From Methanomassiliicoccales archaeon (GTDB taxonomy: Archaea > Thermoplasmatota > Thermoplasmata > Methanomassiliicoccales > UBA472): 55,384 bases of DNA. The notes under the pieces were generated by a model, which had not been told where the DNA came from, searched no databases, and saw only the letters and a program-made list of their open reading frames with translations. Location: NCBI GenBank assembly GCA_041304605.1, contig JBFYNB010000002.1:1-55384 (forward strand), in the 5' to 3' direction. Positions 42,776 through 49,558 of the stretch are shown one piece after another (within the stretch, counting starts at the first letter, position 1; each line of letters opens with the position of its first letter). A program made the translations under genes and the position numbers.

Positions 42776-43717
42776 TCACAGAATGTAATAGGACATCACC
42801 GCCAGCAGGGACAACGTGAATGAGATGGTCAGAAGGTTGGGCAGACGGAACAGGCGCATCTTGGCCATGACCGACTCCACTAACGCCACGCTGATCGACA
42901 GCGCCAGTAGCTTCAGGGCAATGGACCCGACGCCGATGGCCAGCTCGCCCGCCCCCGTGCCCAGGGCGATGCCCCAGGGGAAGAAGACGTTGCTCAGGAT
43001 TACCATGAACATGGTGAGCCGGACGTAGGAGGCCATCTCCATCAGCGCCAGCTCCCTTCCCGAATACTCGAGCAGCATGCCCTCGTGGACCATGGTCAGC
43101 TCCAGGTGGGTGGCCGGATTGTCGAACGGCACCCGGGAGTTCTCCGCCATGAGCGAGATGAATATGGCGGCCGAGGCCAGGAACAGCGTGGGCGAAAGAC
43201 CGTTAAGCCCGAGCCCGGCGAAGTGATCGGATATCGCCGACAGATCGGTGGTGCCCGATATCGCGGCGACCGAGAATATGGACAGGAGCAATGTTGGTTC
43301 CACAATGGCCGATATCATCATCTCCCGGCTGCTGCCCATGCCCCCGAAGGAGCTTCCCCCCTCGAGGCCGCCGAGGACCATCATGAAGCGGAAGAGGCCG
43401 AGGACGTAGATCACCGCCACCATGTCCCCCACGCCGCCGGAGGGCCCGGTGGCGAACACCGGCACCATCACGGCCAGGCAGACCATGGCCCCCAGGCACA
43501 CGTAGGGAATGACCAGGAACAGCCAGGAGGCCTCCCTGGAGGCCACGGTGGACTTGCGCAACAGTTTCCACAGGTCACGGTACGGCTGCAGGACGCTCGG
43601 TCCCTGCCGGCACTGCATCCAGGACTTGACCTTTCTGATGAAGCCGGTGAGCAAAGGCGACAGCAGGAGGATGAACAGCACCTCCGTCAGGGTCAGCAGG
43701 AGATCGATCAGCTGCAT
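42776..43717 (-). CDS. NuoH/HycD/HyfC-like membrane subunit
   Basis: 313 aa and 8 TM helices, with ..R.GPS.LQPY.DL.KL..K.. near the N-terminus and ..RVPFD..E.E.E.V.G...EYSG.. in the conserved loop. Confidence 0.8.
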   Translation of the reverse strand: MQLIDLLLTLTEVLFILLLSPLLTGFIRKVKSWMQCRQGPSVLQPYRDLWKLLRKSTVASREASWLFLVIPYVCLGAMVCLAVMVPVFATGPSGGVGDMVAVIYVLGLFRFMMVLGGLEGGSSFGGMGSSREMMISAIVEPTLLLSIFSVAAISGTTDLSAISDHFAGLGLNGLSPTLFLASAAIFISLMAENSRVPFDNPATHLELTMVHEGMLLEYSGRELALMEMASYVRLTMFMVILSNVFFPWGIALGTGAGELAIGVGSIALKLLALSISVALVESVMAKMRLFRLPNLLTISFTLSLLAVMSYYIL

Positions 43718-43721
43718 GGCC

Positions 43722-45710
43722 TCACCTCAGCACCACCAGGAGGATTATCAGGGTGATCATCAGGTAGGCCAGGTAGGCCTGTATGCTTCCGCTCTGCATC
43801 CGCTTCACGCGCATGGCCACGGCGAGCGTGGCGTTGACCGAGGGCCGATAGAGGTAGGTTGTGAATATCTCGGGAAGCACCTGCTCGAAGCGCACCGTCC
43901 GGATGTATAGGGAGGGCCGCGGTTCCTCCTTGACCTCGGTGTGCGGGCGGTAGACCTGCTCGAACACCCTCAGCAACGGCTGGGAGAAACCGGTCGGGGT
44001 GTACTGGGTCCGGCGGTCCAGTGGCGTTCCGCAATCCCAGGTGTCGCTCCGCACCACCTTTCTTTTTCCGGTCGCCCGCAGGACCAGGAACACGATCAAT
44101 ATCGCGGAAGCCAGGAGGGCGCTCAGGCCCAGGGGGTTCAACCCGCCCTGGTGCAGGAAGTTGATGCTGAACCCTTCGATCACCTGGACGCCGGCGGCTC
44201 CGACCAACGGGGAGACCGCGGACGTCAGTTCTTCGAGCAGCGGGAACGATGCCACGCCCAGCAGGAGGCAAAGTGCGGCCAACGGTACCAGGGGGAACAG
44301 CTCGGCCCGCTCCAGCGGCCGCGGCTGGCAAGCCCCTTTGGACCGCGGGCGGCCCAGGAAGGTGAAGCCGAAGAGGCGCAGGTAGGCCGCGGCGGCTATT
44401 GCCGTACATAGAGCCATGACCGCTATAGCCAGCGGCAACGCGATCCGCATCAAAGGATCGGTTATCGGCTCGGCGTGCATCAGGGACTTGAACATCGCCC
44501 ATTCCGAGACGAAGCCCGAGAAGGGCGGGAGGGCGGCCACGGCAAGCGTTCCGAACAGGAAGGCGGCGGAGAGGCCGGGCATCGTTCGCGCTAGTCCGCC
44601 AAGCTTCTCCAGGTCCCACTCTCCGGCCGCCCGGCGTACCGTTCCAACGCCCATCAGCAACAGCGCCTTGAACACGGTGTGGTTGACAAGATGGAACATG
44701 GCGGCCATTATGGCGAAGGCCGCCGGCTCCGCCGCCCCGTAGGACTGGAAGAGCATGGCCGCGCCGACGGTGAGCAGGATCAGGCCCATGTTCTCCATGC
44801 TGGAGAACGCCAGAACGCGCGAGCCGTCCCTTTGCACCAGGGCCTGCCAGGCGGCCCAGAGGGCGGTCATGGCCGCCAGCCCCATCACCAGCAGCGAGAG
44901 GAGGTGCTGCTCTCCCACCCCGACCATGTCGAAGATGATGCGGACCAGCACGAGCACGGCCACGTTGGAGGCGGCCGTGGAGAGCAGGGCGGTGACGGTG
45001 GAAGGGGAGCGGCTGTACAGGTCAGGCATCCAGATGTGGAAGGGCAACAGTCCCAGCTTGCTCCCGAAACCCAGGAACACCATGATGATGACGACGGCGG
45101 ACGAGACGGCGCCAAGCGATGCCGACAGACCGTGCATCTCGCTCAGACGGACCTCGCCGGATGATACGGACAGGAAAGCCAGAGCGGCGATGATCAGGGC
45201 CGCCCCGAAGTGGGTTATCGCCAGATACTTCCAGCCGGCGGCGGTGTCCTGGTCCTCGCGGGAGCCCCAGGCCCCTAGGAAGGAGGTCAGGGACATGGCC
45301 TCCCAGGCCACCAGGAGCAGGAGCACGTGGTCGGCCACCATGGCCAGCAGGACCGAGAGCATGAACAGGTTGAAAAGCGAGGCCCCCCGGGAGGTTATCC
45401 CTTCCCTGGAGAAGAGCGAGTACATGGCCACGCAGGCGAAGGTGAGCGAGGTTATGAGAAGCACCAACGCGCCCAATGCGTCGAGGCGGATGGCGTAATT
45501 TCCCATGGCCGATGGGACATCCAATACGAAAGTGGACGTTCCGTTAACAAGGACCAGCACTGACCAGAAGGCAGCGCTTACGGCCGAGACCGCCGAGCAC
45601 AGGTAGCTGTACACCCGGTACTTTTCGCTCCCCAACAGGAGCGCCAGAGCTGCGCCAAGTAATGGCAGGAACAGCATCAGGGCGGGCAATACGGCTGATA
45701 ACATTGGCAA
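43722..45710 (-). CDS. NuoL/HyfB/MnhA-like antiporter-type membrane subunit
   Basis: About 660 aa and more than 15 TM helices, with motifs ..WE.MSLTSF.L.. and ..H.WMPD.Y...P..V.ALLS.. The start is the TTG at 45710 or the ATG at 45704. This is the first gene of the six-gene operon. Confidence 0.8.
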   Translation of the reverse strand: MPMLSAVLPALMLFLPLLGAALALLLGSEKYRVYSYLCSAVSAVSAAFWSVLVLVNGTSTFVLDVPSAMGNYAIRLDALGALVLLITSLTFACVAMYSLFSREGITSRGASLFNLFMLSVLLAMVADHVLLLLVAWEAMSLTSFLGAWGSREDQDTAAGWKYLAITHFGAALIIAALAFLSVSSGEVRLSEMHGLSASLGAVSSAVVIIMVFLGFGSKLGLLPFHIWMPDLYSRSPSTVTALLSTAASNVAVLVLVRIIFDMVGVGEQHLLSLLVMGLAAMTALWAAWQALVQRDGSRVLAFSSMENMGLILLTVGAAMLFQSYGAAEPAAFAIMAAMFHLVNHTVFKALLLMGVGTVRRAAGEWDLEKLGGLARTMPGLSAAFLFGTLAVAALPPFSGFVSEWAMFKSLMHAEPITDPLMRIALPLAIAVMALCTAIAAAAYLRLFGFTFLGRPRSKGACQPRPLERAELFPLVPLAALCLLLGVASFPLLEELTSAVSPLVGAAGVQVIEGFSINFLHQGGLNPLGLSALLASAILIVFLVLRATGKRKVVRSDTWDCGTPLDRRTQYTPTGFSQPLLRVFEQVYRPHTEVKEEPRPSLYIRTVRFEQVLPEIFTTYLYRPSVNATLAVAMRVKRMQSGSIQAYLAYLMITLIILLVVLR

Positions 45711-45894
45711 GGCCTCAATGAGCTAAGGACGAGAAGGAAATGGACATCATCGCCTCTTAAGGTGCTCGATGGGCGGCGCACTCTAGGATGTATCTTAAAT
45801 ATTTCTATTTGACCAAAAAATCTTTAACGGTCGGTGCGAAGGAGCTGGCAAAAGCATTATCAGACCTGTCCGCCATTTTCTGACCGGGAGAAAG

Positions 45895-46404
45895 ATGACG
45901 GATAACGTGGACGTCCTGGGCATTTTGGCGGCGGCGCGGCAGATAGAGCTGTTCGGAATAGAGTTCTATCGCCGGTTCAGCGAGTGCGTCAGCGACGAGA
46001 ACGGGGCCGCTCTGCTCAGGGGATTGGGAAGGGACGAGGAGCAGCACAAGGAGCACGTGGAGAGGGAGATGCGCCGCGTAGCTCCGGACAAGGACCCGAA
46101 GGACGTGAGCCCGGGCCGCTCTCTGCTCGGCATAGTGCCGGAGAAGGCGTTCCCCTTCCCACCGGACCGCTGCATGACGCTGGAGGATGAGATCAAGGCC
46201 CTGGAGGTGGGCATCCAGGTCGAGATATCGTCGGCCAAGATGTACCGCGGCGCCGCAATGATGGTCGAGGAGCCGGGGGTGAAGCGGCTTCTGCAGAAGT
46301 TAACGGAGATAGAGGACGGGCACCGAAAACTGTTGGAGGATAGCATGCAGTTGCTGCGCGACAAGGGCGCCTGGTACGGATACTCCCCGATATTGGAAGG
46401 TTGA
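45895..46404 (+). CDS. Ferritin-like diiron protein (rubrerythrin family)
   Basis: 169 aa with two E...ExxH diiron half-sites (QIELFGIEFY ... RDEEQHKEH and LEVGIQVEISS ... IEDGHRKL). Confidence 0.7.
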   Translation: MTDNVDVLGILAAARQIELFGIEFYRRFSECVSDENGAALLRGLGRDEEQHKEHVEREMRRVAPDKDPKDVSPGRSLLGIVPEKAFPFPPDRCMTLEDEIKALEVGIQVEISSAKMYRGAAMMVEEPGVKRLLQKLTEIEDGHRKLLEDSMQLLRDKGAWYGYSPILEG

Positions 46405-46437
46405 TCGTCGGGGGCTGATGGTCCATCGTATTAATTT

Positions 46438-46456
46438 AAAATAAAATATTTTTATT
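46438..46456. promoter_or_regulatory. AT-only palindrome AAATAAAA-TAT-TTTTATTT (terminator T-run and/or TATA element)
   Basis: Lies 34 nt after the ferritin-like gene stop and about 130 nt before hdrD. A second small IR, CCATCC-CGAT-GGATGG, lies at 46472-46487. Confidence 0.35.
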
Positions 46457-46586
46457 TCTGACCCCCTTTGGCCATCCCGATGGATGGGCTGAAAAAACTT
46501 TAATACCCGTTGGACATCCATAGAGCACAATCTAAACGGGGTTGGGCATCCGTCCACCCCCCTCACTTGGGCTCAGAGGTATCGCA

Positions 46587-47771
46587 ATGGTCAAATTACC
46601 GAACATCGACAGAGAGGTTCAAGCTTGCCTTCAATGCGGCTACTGCATTCGCACCTGCGAGACGTGGAGGCAGACGCCTTGGGAGTCCGTTACCCCCAGG
46701 GGTAAGGTATTTTACATCTCACAATTGGGCAAGCGCACCGCCATAGACAAGCTGCTGGGCCGCAAGGTCGAGATCGACGATGAGTTCGTCGAGGCGCTGT
46801 TCATGTGCACCACCTGCGCCGCTTGCTCCACCGTTTGCCACGTGGGCATCGACTTCGCCGAGTTCTGGGAGAAGGTCAGGGAGTGGTGCATCGACAACGG
46901 TCACGGCCCCATGCCCGCCCACATCAAGATCAAGGAGCGACTGGAGGAAGGCAGGAACCCGTACGGGGAGCCGATGGAGAAGAGGGGCGCCTGGTATCCG
47001 GCGGTCCCCAAGGCCGACAACCCGGACGTGGTGTTCTTCGCCGGCTGCACCGCCTCCTACCGCATGCAGAACCTGGCCAAGGCCAGCGTCATATTCCTCA
47101 ACCGCTGCGGCGTTTCGACCAACATCATGGAGGGCGACGAGTGGTGCTGCACCTCTCCCGCGCTGAGGACCGGGCAGACCGGGCTTACCTACCGCTTCGC
47201 CGAGCACACCATCGGCACCGTCGAGCACATGGGGGCCAAGGCCATGGTCACCGCCTGCGCCGGCTGCTACAAGACCACCGTGCACGACTACGGCAAGTTC
47301 TACTCCCACCCGACCTTCGAGGTGTTCCACTTCGCCCAGTACGCCAACAAGCTGCTGAAGGAGAAGAAGGTCAAGTTCACCAAGGAGATCAAGGCCAAGG
47401 TCACCTACCATGACCCGTGCCATCTCGGACGCCACGCCAAGGTGTACGACGAGCCGCGCGAGGTCATAAAGTCCATACCGGGAGTGGAGTTCGTGGAGAT
47501 GAAGAACATCCGCGAGAAGTCCCGGTGCTGCGGGGCCGGCGGCGGCTACAAGAGCCAGTACAACGAAATGGCCACGGCGATAGCGGTAGAAAGGGTCAAG
47601 GAGGCCATAGAAACAGGAGCGGACATCCTGGCCACCACCTGCCCGTTCTGCGTGCTCAACATGCAGCAGGCGGCCAAGAAGATCGGGGCCAAGATCAAGG
47701 TCTTGGACGTCTCCGAGATGCTGGCCATGGCCACCGAGCCAGAGGCCCCGGCCGAGCCGGCGAAGCAGTGA
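46587..47771 (+). CDS. hdrD: HdrD-like heterodisulfide reductase subunit (2x[4Fe-4S] plus two CCG domains)
   Basis: CLQCGYCIRTC and CTTCAACSTVC ferredoxin motifs. The two CCG-type Cys clusters are FFAGC..(n)..WCC..(n)..ACAGC and HDPCH..(n)..RCCGAGGG..(n)..TCPFC. The ATG at 46587 has AGAGGT 7 nt upstream; the track start at 46542 is less likely. Confidence 0.8.
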   Translation: MVKLPNIDREVQACLQCGYCIRTCETWRQTPWESVTPRGKVFYISQLGKRTAIDKLLGRKVEIDDEFVEALFMCTTCAACSTVCHVGIDFAEFWEKVREWCIDNGHGPMPAHIKIKERLEEGRNPYGEPMEKRGAWYPAVPKADNPDVVFFAGCTASYRMQNLAKASVIFLNRCGVSTNIMEGDEWCCTSPALRTGQTGLTYRFAEHTIGTVEHMGAKAMVTACAGCYKTTVHDYGKFYSHPTFEVFHFAQYANKLLKEKKVKFTKEIKAKVTYHDPCHLGRHAKVYDEPREVIKSIPGVEFVEMKNIREKSRCCGAGGGYKSQYNEMATAIAVERVKEAIETGADILATTCPFCVLNMQQAAKKIGAKIKVLDVSEMLAMATEPEAPAEPAKQ

Positions 47772-47796
47772 ACCCTTTAATCAAATCCCTTCCCGA

Positions 47797-47808
47797 TTTT
47801 TCATTTTT
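47797..47808 (+). terminator. Double T5 run after hdrD
   Basis: TTTTTCATTTTT lies 26 nt after the hdrD stop. Confidence 0.35.
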
Positions 47809-47834
47809 CAGGGTGCCGACAGGCCAGGTGCCAC

Positions 47835-49547
47835 ATGGAACCGGATGAGCCCGCGGCGAGCCGCGCCGCCCAGTATCTCAGGCGGGGATATCAGGGATTG
47901 GTCACCGAGGACTTCCGGGACTACCTTAAGAAATGGATCCCGCTGTCCGTGCTCATCGGCCTGTTCGCAGGCCTGGGCGCCATGGCCTTCCAGTGGCTGC
48001 TGATGGGCATCTGGCACGCTTCGTACGACGCCACGGACCTGCCCTGGTACGTCCGTTTCCTCCTGCCGGCCGCGGGTGGGCTGCTGGCCGGTGTGATCAT
48101 CTCCAGGCTGTCCCCGGAATCGGCCGGGGGCGGCACGGGGTACGTCATTGAGGCCATACACCACCGGGGAGGCAAGGTCCCCCCACGCTCTGGACTGTAC
48201 AAGATAGTGGTCTCCGCCCTGACCATCGGGACCGGGGGGAGCGGCGGGCGGGAAGGCCCTATCATGCACATCGGGGCGGCGGTGGCCTCCTTCTTCGGAG
48301 GACGGTTGAAATTGAGGAAGGGGGACATGCGCACCTTCGCCATCGCCGGAGCGGCGGCCGGCCTGTCGGCAGTGTTCCGGGCTCCCCTGGGCGCGGCGAT
48401 CTATGCCATCGAGGTGCCGTACAAGAACGACCTGGAGCCGGGGGCGGCCATTCCATCCATGATCGCCAGCGTGGTGTCCTATCTGGTCTTCGTTTCCTTC
48501 AATGGCTACGAGCCGCTCTTCAAGGTTCCGGCCATAATCATGGACCTCGACCTGGTCATCGTCCTGGCGATCGTGCTGCTGGGGGCGGCCATCGGCCTGG
48601 CGGGTCGGCTGTTCATATTCACCATGCACACCACGGAAAGGCTGACCAAGCGCAGCCGCCAGCCCCTGGCCTCCAAGATAATGTACGGAGGGCTGCTGGT
48701 GGGATGCATCGGGCTCTTCGTCCCGGAGGTCCTGGGTCTGGCGGAGGACGACATCGCCAGGCTCGTCGAGGGCTCGGCCGCCTCGGTGGCCTTTCTACTC
48801 GTTATGTTCTTGGCCAAGATGCTGGCCACCAGTTTTACCGTGGGGACCGGCGGCAGCGGGGGGGTGTTCTTCCCCTCGCTGATGATGGGCGGGGCGTTGG
48901 GAACCGCATTCGCCATTATGCTTGACCTAACCCCCGTTCCGTTGTTCGCCATCGCCGGCATGGGGGCCATGATGTCCGGCGTTTCCAAGACCCCCATCGC
49001 CGCCTCGGTGCTCATGGCCGAGGTCGTCGGGGGTTACACGATATTGATCCCGGTCATGCTCGCTTCCGTCATCGCCTACATCGTGACCGGCGACCAAACT
49101 CTCTTTAAGAACCAGGTGGCCAGGCGCCCGTTCGTTTACGACCCCGCCGCCCTGGACGAGGTCCCGGTGGAAAAGGTAATGAGGGGGGACCCTATCACCC
49201 TGACCCCCGAGATGAGCGTGGCGGACGCGCGGAAGGGGACCGCCTGCGAAACTCATTACCTCTATCCAGTAGTTGACGCCGGAGGAAAGGTCCTGGGCGT
49301 GGTGCTCAGGGAACAGCTCGAGGGACACAAGGAACCAGAGGCCCGGGTGGATACGCTCATGGTCACACATTTCGAGAAGGTGCAGGCCGGCACCTCGGCC
49401 TACCAGGCGTTCGAGGACATGAACGCCAAGCAGATCTCGCGCATGCTGGTGGTAGGGCATGACGACGGGATACTGCTGGGCACCCTGACCCGCATCGACC
49501 TTATGGAGTACCTAGAGCACAAAGATGAGGAACATCAGCTATATTGA
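47835..49547 (+). CDS. ClC-type chloride channel/antiporter with two C-terminal CBS domains
   Basis: GREGPIMHIGAA and GGSGGVFFPS selectivity motifs, about 10 TM helices, and a CBS pair in the last 130 aa or so. Confidence 0.88.
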   Translation: MEPDEPAASRAAQYLRRGYQGLVTEDFRDYLKKWIPLSVLIGLFAGLGAMAFQWLLMGIWHASYDATDLPWYVRFLLPAAGGLLAGVIISRLSPESAGGGTGYVIEAIHHRGGKVPPRSGLYKIVVSALTIGTGGSGGREGPIMHIGAAVASFFGGRLKLRKGDMRTFAIAGAAAGLSAVFRAPLGAAIYAIEVPYKNDLEPGAAIPSMIASVVSYLVFVSFNGYEPLFKVPAIIMDLDLVIVLAIVLLGAAIGLAGRLFIFTMHTTERLTKRSRQPLASKIMYGGLLVGCIGLFVPEVLGLAEDDIARLVEGSAASVAFLLVMFLAKMLATSFTVGTGGSGGVFFPSLMMGGALGTAFAIMLDLTPVPLFAIAGMGAMMSGVSKTPIAASVLMAEVVGGYTILIPVMLASVIAYIVTGDQTLFKNQVARRPFVYDPAALDEVPVEKVMRGDPITLTPEMSVADARKGTACETHYLYPVVDAGGKVLGVVLREQLEGHKEPEARVDTLMVTHFEKVQAGTSAYQAFEDMNAKQISRMLVVGHDDGILLGTLTRIDLMEYLEHKDEEHQLY

Positions 49548-49558
49548 ACGGTAAGGAC

